Positions 23,501-34,792 of a stretch of DNA of 64,000 bases are shown here, piece by piece. The translations under genes were made by a program, and so were the position numbers. The notes beneath the pieces were generated by a model that worked only from the letters and a program-made list of their open reading frames with translations, was not told where the DNA came from and searched no databases. Each line of letters starts with the position of its first letter. Position 1 is the first letter of the stretch. The DNA comes from Phoronis australis (taxonomy: Eukaryota > Animalia > Phoronida): the NCBI GenBank assembly GCA_002633005.1, contig NMRA01000034.1:1493795-1557794 (forward strand). Reading direction: 5' to 3'.

Positions 23501-25809
23501 CAGATTTACTCATTTGGTCGTACTAGATTTTTTATATGTTGTATTTGTACTTATAATCCGTCAGGGATAATGTTTGCTGTTCTGCATATAAACCGCCGTA
23601 AACAAAGTTTCTTATATCTATTTTTTGTATTTGTCTGGTACATAATTAGCGCTGTTGAAACGGAAGTAGCCGGCGTGTATATTTCGTGGTCTACAAGTCC
23701 AGAACGACTGTTCCTTGAGAACGTTAGGTCCCGTTTTATAAGCTGTTTTGAACTATCTGGTACTTGTGATTCCTACGCAATGTTAGATGGCCATAGAGGA
23801 AATATAATGTTAAGCAAGAAATGTACAATTAACATCAATATCGGCCAAACTTCATTGGTCTTGAGAATTCATGGCCATTAATGACATGTTGATGAAAATA
23901 CGCAAGAACCATTATATTTAGAAAACATATTTAGGGGCCTAATAGAAAATAGGCAAAACAAGCGCTTTTGGGACAGATGATCAAACTTCTGATACTATGC
24001 ATCATAGTTTTTTATTTTTAAAAGTGCGCAGCCCGCGCACTGTGATGATGGTGATTGAGTGCCGGTGTGAAAAATCATATTACTTGCATTTCTTTTAGCC
24101 GTGTACAAGACAAGTTTGTATGCGTGGCAGATTGCAATTCCCCGATGTCAACAAAATGCTTCCTTTTAATGCTGCTTCAAGAGTTCAAAACCATTTGAGA
24201 CCACGGCCCAGGAGCTAATCTTTTTACTTATAGAACTCGAAATTATGTTAGGACTTTTTAATTTTACCTTTGGGCAAGAAACTCGTGTGCATGAACCACA
24301 ATGTACTCGAGGACAGGGTAATAGCCACTTATCTTGAGTTCGCAAAAAGCAGAACAGAAAATGCCTAAAATAAATTCGAGTTCGACGTTAAGTGCAAAGA
24401 CTAAACCCCGACCCCGGATGTTTGAAAGTAAAGCTTAGACAATCACCATTCGAGAAACATCACTTACACAGAAAAGAGGTACTTACGAAACCAAGAAATT
24501 TTGGGGGACTTATTATCAGAAATTTTGCACGATACATTTGCAGCCATCACAGAAAAAAATCTTGGTATAAAAATGATTCTGTTAGTTTCATCATTTTTGT
24601 CCCCTTGTATATACTTGGAATTTTTTTTCTAATTTTTGGATCATGGCATGTGACGGGGTAGGTAAATTAGAGATGTAATGAGCTTGGATAATTAAGTTAT
24701 TGCTTTTATGCATTTTGATGTTGAATAAGAAACAGTCATTTTGTCCAACAGAAGATGCAAGGAGAAAAATTGTCATTCAATCAAAGTAGAACGTACAAAC
24801 ATGAAAATAAATACAATACACGAATTAACATATTTACAATAAAACTAATAATAATTATAAAAGTTCTACCTTTAATTCTTCAATAGCAATCAAATTTCTT
24901 AACATCCATAAAAAATTAAATTTCTGATTTGGCTACTGATCTAAGGTTTAAACCGCTGTTAAACACAAATCTGCAGAGTAGTAAAACTTAATGTTTCATG
25001 TTAATTTTCTGTTAAGACCAAGTTTACTTGCGATAAAGTTAATACTTGCGAAGAAAGCTCCGTTAGCCATGAAGGAATTCATTACTTTTGCTACGTTAGA
25101 AGTTCCTCTGCCGTATTTTATACACGTGTGTTTATTATGCGTGTATTTAGCGTCATAGAAAACAGAATGCTGGCAAAAGATATAAGTAACATTGATCTTA
25201 CATCCACAATTTGGCCCACACATCTTGTGAAGCACTTTAGGAAAGCTGAGAACGACGAGTGTAACATATTATTTGAGTGAAACTTGACATAATCGTTACA
25301 AAATGGTCGACGTTGACGTGTAAAATTTAATATTAAACTAACCAGTGAAAGGTATTAAGAATGGACAAAAGACAGTGACAACACCCACATATGCAAAGGA
25401 TAGCTGCCTGCGTCTTTAAGTTTAGGCACATGGGCATACATGTGAAATCCTTGAGTAAAAATTCTTTGAATAAACGTGCTACTTCGGATGAAAAACACGT
25501 GGACGTTTGTAAATTCAGACGTTTGTTGGTGAAATAGAGGGTAAAGTAGAGGGTACTGTAAAAAGAGGCGTATAAGAGTGTGTACTGTACAGTTTATAAG
25601 ATTGAATCTGCAGAGGCGATCAATGATCAACGATAGCTTGTATATCTATGGACTTACTTGCATTGACCAGTCTGCATAGTGAAACAGCTGAGTGATGGTT
25701 CAAAGTCACTGGGGGACAGTGCTATCCCCGTCAAGTCTCTGAAGCCAGTCTCCTGGCTTCTACCACACACAGGTGAGCGCCACATGTCGGAGTAAGGAAT
25801 GCACTCCAT
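16586..25809 (-). CDS. glass: Glass orthologue, C2H2 zinc-finger transcription factor (two coding exons: 25809-25658 and 17513-16586)
   Basis: Five tandem fingers with the Glass-specific recognition helices [40 protein letters not shown] and [10 protein letters not shown]. The upstream exon ([17 protein letters not shown]...) ends in phase 2 at |gtaagt and joins in frame to the ttttcag| acceptor at 17514, giving about 359 aa. Confidence 0.9.
19797..20365. repeat. 36-bp minisatellite, about 15 copies, in the glass intron
   Basis: Unit cagctgatggctgtatctagcttgaactagtgataa; alternating A/B variants (72-bp dimer) from about 20040 to 20260. Confidence 0.92.
22930..23200 (+). mobile_element. CR1/L2-type LINE ORF2 3' remnant
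   Basis: [18 protein letters not shown]... and [19 protein letters not shown], resembling the yK...P.Yl...rt..yG..sf...a..lWN ending; frameshifted. Confidence 0.5.
23290..23475. repeat. Degenerate ~30-bp tandem repeat (tatctctacactat..atatttatctc)
   Basis: About 6 diverged copies visible. Confidence 0.7.
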
Positions 25810-25810
25810 T
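25658..25810 (-). CDS. glass: glass upstream coding exon, with probable start ATG at 25809
   Basis: Acceptor atttttacag|A ATG GAG TGC; donor |gtaagt; 153 nt open and phase-compatible with the main exon. Assignment rests on splice signals and phase, not on transcript data. Confidence 0.7.
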
Positions 25811-26784
25811 CTGTAAAAATATTAAAAATCAAGTGGTGAGAGGAAGATTTATCAAATATTGAATTTGTTTAAGTTTGTTTTATTATAATTCAATGTGAAC
25901 AGGTTTTGCGCTTGCGCGGAGATGTTTAAAACATTGACTATCGTTTGCGAGCAAAATTACTTTACATGCATGTGTCGTCACTGGTTGTCAGCTGCATTGA
26001 AAAGGGTCTGTTAGAACACGAGCGGAGCGTCAAGAATCTACCGCAACGATTAATCCTCCTTGTCCATTTTCAGCTTGTATTGAACATTTCGTCAAACTTT
26101 GCTCTGTTAACTTATAGCTAACGCGACTATAAACCCTCTTTCCATCATAAAATTTAACTCGCCAGTAAAAAATGCTCCTCAAATTGTTCCGTAGTCAAAT
26201 TTGAGGTGTTTTCACGCTTTGAAAGAACTGGTCGTTCGTTATTACTTGAGACCAGTGTCATGTCTTCACAAATCTAGAAATCTCTTCTCATCTCATTAAG
26301 GATTGAGACTATTTTTTAGTGCGCTAAGTGGTCAAAATCAAAAGTTCGTTACATGGACGCTGCTTTAATATAGCTTATACAAAATTCACAAAGATTGATT
26401 GCAAATGATTCTGGTTAAAACATATAGCGTGAAATAGTTCAAATTTGCTAAAGGACTTGTCACTTTGCTCTGAACTGTTCAATCTCGGTGACTACTTTTT
26501 GTAATGGGAGGGTGGACATAACGAGCCAAACGTAGTCTACTACTCAGTACGGAGTAGCTTGTTTTTCCCATGTCAGTCCGACCCTAAGCAAACATTTATT
26601 TAACACCTTTCTCATTACACACAATGTTCACAACTCGAGCCTTTTCCGAGAGAGCCTGAGTGCCACTCCACAATAGCAACTTTCAGACACATTTTATCGC
26701 TAATTTGGTCGGATTTCTTTCCGGTTTACTCGGAAGGGTTCATTTATTCTCGCTATACATCTTATACCAAGGTAGACGCCTCTC

Positions 26785-27245
26785 ATTATCATCATCATTC
26801 TCATCATAGGCCTCATTATTGTAGCAACCCTCATTCACCACCACCTCCATTATCATCATCACTAACTTCACGACCATCGAGATCGTCGTCATCATAATCA
26901 TGATCATCACCACCATAATCACCATCAATGCCTTCATCATCATCGTCATCATCGTCATTATTATAATCGTCATTACTGTCAATGTCAATAGCGTCATCGT
27001 CATCATCAACTTCGTCATCATTCTCATCATTATGACATTTATCATCACTTCTGTGATGATTGTAATTGTAATCATTATTACTGTTGTTATTAGTATTATT
27101 ATTGCAATTGTTATCATTATTATTATTCTTATTATTATTACTATTATTATTATTACTATTATTATTATTTTAGAAGTAGTAGTAGTAGTAGCAGTAGTAC
27201 CACCATTATTATTATTGTTATGATTATTATTGCTATTACTATGAT
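26785..27245. repeat. Compound (CAT)n/(ATT)n/(AGT)n low-complexity tract
   Basis: Directly visible; source of the Ile/Met-rich spurious ORFs 26740-27369 and 26900-27223. Confidence 0.92.
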
Positions 27246-27426
27246 TTATATATACACCAGTAATTGTTTCATTTTCAGTCGTGTTAATTTTGACTTCGAG
27301 GTGCCAAATTCCTTTAGTTCGCACAACAATGAGTACAAATATTTTTTGTTTAAAATACCTATTTCGCACTCAATGTTATGTACATGTGAGTAAGGAGTGA
27401 GCATGTGAGTATGACTAATGTCTTAC

Positions 27427-27639
27427 CAGTCGAAGAGAGACATAATACTCTGCCTTTTGCCAAGGGCTTTCAAAGGTAATCATGCGGTTTTTCAAAGCTG
27501 TCATGGCTGAATTCCAGTAAAAGTGACACGTTTAGCCTGACTAGTCCATCCTTTACATGACATAATACGCAGTGTGTCATTCCAAGATGTTGTCATTTTT
27601 GTTCTGCATGATGTGCGCTAGTTTTCTGGGACTCTCCAG
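27427..27639 (-). other. Candidate glass 5' UTR exon containing upstream ATGs
   Basis: Acceptor ttttatag| (27640), donor ctg|gtaaga (27426); ATG in gccATGa context at 27504. Confidence 0.35.
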
Positions 27640-28180
27640 CTATAAAATCCTTGTTACGCACAAACAAATAAAATGAGCGCACACTATTTACACTTGTGTG
27701 AACTGGCTATTTAAATTATAAGAAAAATATCTTTTGAATAGCAAATTACTTGCAACATCAAGTTCAAGTAAAGTGGAAGGATCTAATGTTTCACTCCGGT
27801 TTAAGTCACTACCAGTCATTCGTTTTTATGAAATTTTCTAAATATGCTAGACGCAGCTCAGTTAAGTACAAATTGGTTAGATTTTGGGAATCTGGATGAT
27901 TTTGGTAATTTAACAATCCAAATGAGAAGTGCCGTTAAGTTAATTGCATAAAAACGATGCGCTGACAAGTTTTACGGTAACGCAATGGTTATTTGTTATA
28001 TCACAACTAGTTCTGCAAATAATTGATACAAAGATTTTTATTACAGTTCATTATTGCAAGTCCCAAAAAAGTTATGAGTTTGTTTTTGATGTCATACGGA
28101 AGAAATGTTTCAGTTGAGATTAAGAACAAACAACTTAACCTCGGATACGTAGGTTTTCCCTATTAATAAAAAATTGAAAG

Positions 28181-28565
28181 ACTTACGTGCAGCTATCTGT
28201 ATTCGTGTCAACTTCAGGTCCACCTTGAGCACACTGCACAAAATGGACTTCGTAAACTGTGCCACTGTTTATAACCGAGACAATTATATCTCCCAATCAC
28301 CGAACGACCAAAACAATCAAAAATTTAATTCGCCGCCTAGTCGCGCACGACAATAGGAATATGTAAGGTTTTACTTAATTTCTTGCCCGTTCTTATAAGG
28401 TTGTACCTAAGTAATTATTTCCGATAATCCGCCATAGACTTTTGCGTTTATTTGCACAACACCGCGCTCTACCGACAGCGTGCCTCGGCGACTGAGTACA
28501 CATTTCGACGGCGGTCAACCACTTGTGGAAAATTGACTGGATTAATCATAATAAGAAATGGATTA
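28181..28565 (-). promoter_or_regulatory. Candidate glass promoter and first non-coding exon
   Basis: Minus-strand TATAAA at 28273-28268, consensus donor GTAAGT at 28186-28181, and three TAATCC/GGATTA K50-homeodomain sites (28425, 28539, 28560). Confidence 0.4.
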
Positions 28566-29814
28566 ACTTTTAAATCAATCTGCATTAAAATCGGTAATTG
28601 CAAATCGATTCTAAAATTGTTTGTAGCTATTTAAGTTAATAGGTGGCGTCTCTCTGTGTATCGTTACCCCTGAAGTTATGTCGTGACGATGGACTTTGTT
28701 CCAGAATTCGAAATGAAAACAATCGCCTCCATAACAGTCAAATTGCCTTTCAAGAAACAGCAAATTACAGCAGAGAACGATCACCAGATAACAACGTTAT
28801 TTCATGGGCTTCATGCTTAAGCTGATTTGTTGACAACTGAAGTATGCGTTAAAAAACCTGTGCATCGTCAGTCTATATTAAATTCTAGCTGTTTTCTATG
28901 ATTTTTGCAACTGTCTCTATGAACACAAGCACTAGCAATGTCATTTTTAATCATGTGATTAGTATTTTTGTTATAGATATTTTATAATGACTGCCTTATT
29001 ATTATTACTCTTTGTATTACTACTTCTTTGATTCGGATGGTACATATATGTCATATTATATTTTTACCGGATGTATGAATTCTCACCTTCCACAGAGGTT
29101 TTGGCTTACGAGACGAAGTTCAATTATATTTTAAAATTCACAAAAGTGATACTTTGAATGTTTAATTTCTGAATATTCCTGAAGCTTTTTAAAAATGGTC
29201 ATCATTTTTAAGCTGTACAAAAATGAGACGATATTCCAAATAAAATGACGAGACAGGCTAAACAGACTATTGGTGGAGATTTCTCAGAACTCAATTTTAC
29301 ATTTGAAGCCAAGTTAAAATAGTTTCAAATAAGGCTTGTGCACCTGTACACAAAATTTTTGGTATCAATGAACCCCTTTTCATGATGTTCTGTGAGAGTC
29401 CAACAGTTTGATTTACTTGTGTTGGTCGTATCAAACTGTCCAGGATTTTCGGATCTCGCTTGATGTTTGTATCCAATGTAATGGCAAATTTACTGTAAAT
29501 GTAGAAACACTGCTAAAAATGTTGGAAGATGAACAGTTAATATTGACTACAAGCGTATTTGACAAAATATCACCCATTTTTTCAAAAATTGTTATTTGGC
29601 AAGCTTTTTCAATGTAAGAACTCATCTGGCCACTCCGTTTGATTGAAATTTAATGTTATTTTTGTTTTTTGTTAAATATGATACAGGAATGAAAGTAATA
29701 TTATTATTCCCACTATCAAGTGTGTCTTGTATTTCGACTACTTGTACGAAATTGATGTATTTTGTGTTATGTCTACTCGTACGGAATTAATGTAGGAAAA
29801 GGGCTCTATTACTC

Positions 29815-30018
29815 ATCACTAATATTGTTATTGTAATTGTTATTGTTATCGGTGTTATTTACTATCAGTGTTATTTTTGTATTTGTTATTCTTTGTTATT
29901 GTTGTTGTTATTGTTATTGTTATTACTTCTGTCTTTGCTATTACTGTTACTTTATAATCATCATCATCACCATCATCGTCGTCGTCGTCGTCATTATTAT
30001 TATTATCGTTATTGTTGA
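29815..30018. repeat. (TTA/TTG/CAT/CGT)n low-complexity tract
   Basis: Directly visible. Confidence 0.88.
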
Positions 30019-32899
30019 TGCTGTCGATAAGAGAAAACCAGAGATTAAAGCTTAGGTTTGCAGTTATTCACTTGAAAATGCTCTGAACGTTTTAACGTCA
30101 AGATAAAACTTCTGTTGTGATTAGGAAAGTTTCTGGTCCGATTGTGTATGGGTAAATGGCTTAGCTTTGATTTAGATTTTTCGGACAGTTATAAAAGAGG
30201 TTATTCAGTTTTAATGAAACACCTCGTTGTTCGTAACATGACGCTGTGGTATGAGCCCGGCAGTCCTGGACGGAGCGCTTAGAGCCTCTCTACTGTTTCT
30301 TCTTGGTTAACATCTACGTACACCAATATCATCTACTAAGGTGGAGAGACTCTGGGAGGGTTTTGAAAAATGTCTTGTCACCAAAGAATTACATTTAAGT
30401 TGCGGTGCATTGTGGCACAGTTTGAATTTTTGAAACTGTAATATTTCACCTTAATTAAAATTGTATTTAGCGCAAACAATCGACAGATGTTGTGAAGCTA
30501 TTCTTTTTGTTGTCATGATAATGTGGTTTAGCTCGCGTTTACCATCAGGTGGTGAAAAAATCCAACACCATTTTTTCACTCTTGTTGATGGCGCCAAATG
30601 TAACGCAATTCTTTCTTTTCGTTCTGCTTGTTTACACGCTAATCAACTATTGCAGTTGTTTTGCTTTATAATTAATCCAGATTTTTATAAGAAATTAATT
30701 AGCTAGTAATGTTCCAATAGGACACTCGTGTGTTTTTACTAAGTATAGAGTTTCTAATCTCGCTAATGTCAACATAAACGTTTGTTGGGTGTTAAACTGA
30801 GATCTCTAATGTAGGTTTTAGCTGATCTTCCTCAAGTTAAGATAAATCGTACTCTCAGTAAAGACAATGCGTTGACACGCGCCAGACAAGAAGTGGCGCA
30901 TGTCGTACGGTAGGCAGATTAATTTACTGTTTGAAAACAAGCTTGCAGAAGATTTTCAAGTTTGTTTAACATAACATTCATATTTGTGAAATTGAAACAA
31001 CATTTAAATCTTGATGATCTCGTGCTGCAGGTTTGGTAAGCAATACAGTTACAGTAAAAGAAACTTTTCAAGGGAAAATGTAGTAAATTGAATGTCTTAG
31101 TGAAATCTCATTAAATTTGCGCAATATTAGCAGTGAGTAACGTAAAGATAAAAAATGAGCAAGATTTTGATAAATTCTCTAACCAACGTAGATTACTTAT
31201 TTGATACATGTATAAAAAGCCTTTACTTTACAGGCTAGCGAGTTAATTCTTGGAGCCTGCGTAAACTGGTGTCCAACGAAACGCCATCAGGCTTTAAGAA
31301 CGTAGTTATACCCTGTGTGTGGTTTTAATGAGTTGACGCAAAATTGCTATGCTTTCAGAGTGTTCCAACATTAGAAGAGGTAAGATTTGGTAAAAGTACG
31401 TAAAAGGTGTGCGCGTGTAAGTGACAACGCCTTATAGAAATTTTAGGTCAGTTAGCGCCGGACGCATAGACTGAAAAATTCATAAATATAAAGATGTCTC
31501 CTCTTAACATTAGAAAACAATTGTTTAGATAGAAAAATGCCTCAAAAACGTCTGTTGTTTCACATAACAGAATACGGATTTGAAGATTTTCTTTCAAGTT
31601 TAAGGTTGTACCAAAATTCACGTATAACGCAATTGATGAAAATGACCACAATACCGTCCATAAGGGTTCCAGTTTTGTACTTAAAGTTTCTAACACTTAG
31701 TCAACGTTAAAGTTACTGAGAGGTCGCGAGCTTAGACGAAAAACGTTCAATGGTATGTTGTCATCACTTCTTTACATTTTAATACGTTACAGGGTGAAGA
31801 GACCTAACGATTTAATTCGCTGAAAACGCAGGTGTCTGAAGTCTGTCGTTGAACTGATGTTCGCTATAGAGCCCGAGGTTGTTGGATTGTGTCGTAATCC
31901 AGACGCAAATTACTTGACTCCTGGAGATATTTACTTAGACAAGTCATTGTATCAAATCATTCAAAACACCCGACATTGACGATGACGTTCTTTGTACTTT
32001 AATGACAGCCAGTTGACTTCGTCCGCCTTGTACAACACCGAAAGAAGGTCACAGTTTTGCCTTCGCGGTGAGTATGTGTGGTATAGGAATCTAAACAGCT
32101 ACAGAAGGGTTTCTGGTGACATTCCGGAAGTCATGTCCTCAAATTTTATATCCATGAGCAAAACTAACCTTGTTCAATTTGAAGGTTGGTATTAAAATCC
32201 GAGAAAATCATTCTTTGACATCATTTCCATTCTTGGAATTTGCTGGATTTGACTGATCGGGCGATCTCAGCAACTCGATAGTCTCCTCGCTTGTTGCTCC
32301 CACATTTTGCTGATCTTGGAGAAGCAGTGCGCGGTTTGGAGTGTGCGAGATTGGTTTCGATTGTTTTCGAGATTAGCCGTTTCATGAAGGAGAAATATTC
32401 ACATTAGTTTATAAAAAATTCACTATCACTTTTTCTCAGCTGAGCTTTTTCGCACATAGCTGTAATTTCCTTCAGATTGTCGTTCATAAAATGTAATGCA
32501 AAGTATGACACGCTATTCAACGGTCATACCTATTTGTCTTCATTTCCAAGAGTTTCTTCATGCATATTTTAATTTAATTATTAGGTGTTGATTTCAACTG
32601 CAATAAAATGAAATTAGATATTTTTCATATCATTATTAGCAAGGAAACGAACATCTCAGACGGACAGTCATATACATGATTTGAAAAATATAAGATTGCG
32701 TGTGTTGGAAACCACTTTTCGAATAAATATTTGAGAAAATGTTAACACTTCTCGGTAAAGAAGGTGGGGGAGACATTTGAACTGGCGTGCGTGGCGATAT
32801 CCACATGTGTAGGCATATTTTAATAAGTTTATAGAGACACGACTTAATCATACATGTCTTTGTTATCATATCATACTGCATCGCATGCCGGGTAGTACA

Positions 32900-33057
32900 C
32901 AGTGCTGTAGTGGTAAAATTAGAGGTAAGTAGGCGCCCAAAGCCCACTATATCGCATTGAGCACTGAGCGTAATTTACGGTGCGTAGGCCCTACGTTCAA
33001 ATGCCAAAAGGTGGTTGGCTGCGCCTACGTGCGCCTATACGCCCCACTACAGCACTG
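32900..33057. mobile_element. hAT-family MITE (158 bp)
   Basis: Perfect 14-bp TIR cagtgctgtagtgg/ccactacagcactg; 8-bp TSD gtagtaca/ctagtaca (7 of 8 match). Confidence 0.85.
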
Positions 33058-33494
33058 CTAGTACAAAAACCAATTTTTACTGGGAACGATAACGATGTTC
33101 AAGTTTCCGAAATTTAATCAAAAACATTTGCGCGTGTACTGAAAACAAGCAAAATTACCATATTTGTAATATGATTTTTCTCTCCAGTTATGCAGAGACA
33201 AAGATCTGTGTGTTGCTAGGTCTTCCAACAAGAAAGTTGCCTTGTTGTACGTGAAGGCCTATACTCCTCATCAAAATAGTTGTGTTGTTGTATCTCAAAA
33301 TCTATACTCTCCACAAGTCATGTAGACGGTATTGATTGGTAGGTCTTCCATCTAAATAGTTGCACTGTTGTACGTTAATAGCGGATTTGCAGCGCAAACG
33401 AACTACGCATTGCGCATGTGCGAGTTACTTCCTGCGCGAAGGCTCATGGGATAGCTTGTGGTCAGGCATGTCTTGAGCAGGCTGGATAGGATCA

Positions 33495-34792
33495 TTAGTG
33501 TGTGCATTTGGAGTGATTTGCAAACAAAAAACCATGTTTCATTTTTTGCTTTATAATACCACGCAAGTCCTCTCTCTCGTTTGTAAACACAGCGTAGCTA
33601 TGATCAGTAACCGTGTGACCGAGGGCACGACTGTCGTCATGTTCAGTATTTGGGGCTATCGGCGTTGATTTCGAAATCTCCTCCGGTTTCAGTCGGACAA
33701 GTTTATAGTTCTTGGGTTGCTTAAATTTTGTAGCTTTCGCCGTGGATATGCTAGAGACGTTAATTTTAAGAGGAAACTCCGTCGGAATGTTGTTCTCATA
33801 CGTCTTTTTTCCACCAGGAAAATGTTCGCTGCACAGGCACACGATGGCCCCTAGGCAATTACATCGCACTGGATGCCGCAGGCATTCAGTGGCGATAGTA
33901 CATCCTCACAAAAAGTTACTAATTTCAAAATACAGCAAATAAAATCAAATGAACCATACATATAGGAAAACGGAGTTATAATTAACACATACCACGACTC
34001 TGGATACAATTTATTCAGCAAAACTTGAACAAATCGATGAAAATCTGTCGCGGTTTGCTCGAGTCAAGTTCTCTCAGTTACCGGGTGCCATTTTGAGGAA
34101 GTTACGTGAAATTACGCATGTTGACGAATAAAAAGTCTAAGGGACACACATCTTACAAGTTTCACCCGATATACCTTCTCATGCTATTTTACAAGTGTCA
34201 CGCGCTAGCGTCACGCGCTTCGCTGAGTCTCGCGCTAACCTTTGCCTAACTCACGTGATTCAGTTGACATGCTTTATGGTTATCGCGCACCCGTGATAAA
34301 ATTAACGGCAACCAAAAAAGTGAAGCTGTAATTCTTCGCCAAAGTCAACTTAATTCTCACAACTAAGCTTAAGATATGTATAGAAGTAGAAAGGACCAAC
34401 GATGAAAGTAAGCATTTTTTTAAATGATAGTTTTAAGTGTAGAATGTATTTTTGACGAGGTGAAAACTCGAAATCGGTAATCTGAATCTGGTCACGGCCC
34501 GTTTAAAATACACTGAAGTAACGAAATGAGTACAGACAGCGAATGGAAGTATTGTAGCCCCTATATGGCCAACCGAGGGGCTACGTGTTACCTACTAGAT
34601 GGCTCCGCGCGTTGGTTTGAATGCGCTAAATCTCCCCTTACTACCAGCTCTCCTAATGTTGTTTATCTATTTTTCACGAAGTTCTTGGTTTGCAGGGAAC
34701 ACATAAAAACTCAGATTTTTATATCTCTTCTTGTTTTTGAAGCAGCCAGGAACACAACAAGTGTATCCGCCGTAAGTTTTCTTCGCGCTCAT
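33495..34792 (-). pseudogene. THAP zinc-finger domain pseudogene within the Harbinger element, split by a ~750-bp insertion
   Basis: [17 protein letters not shown]...FYVFP...REK*INNIRR...KPTRGAI, then (after the insertion) VCLCSEHFPGG...IPTEFP...DHSY. This is the C2CH THAP signature plus a D/EHxY HCF-1-binding motif; the conserved Trp is mutated to TAG at 34667-34669. Confidence 0.85.
33851..34598. mobile_element. Non-autonomous DNA element nested in the THAP relic
   Basis: ctag termini flanked by atggccc/atggctc (6 of 7, TSD-like); removing it restores the THAP frame; both ends recur together at 44931-44997. Confidence 0.7.

Noticed and set aside
23052-23570. 172-aa hydrophobic ORF
   Set aside because: Runs through a LINE remnant and a degenerate 30-bp tandem repeat.
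26740-27369. 209-aa and 107-aa hydrophobic ORFs
   Set aside because: Translations of trinucleotide microsatellite; the same applies to 14087-14293, 29837-30055 and 37655-37900.
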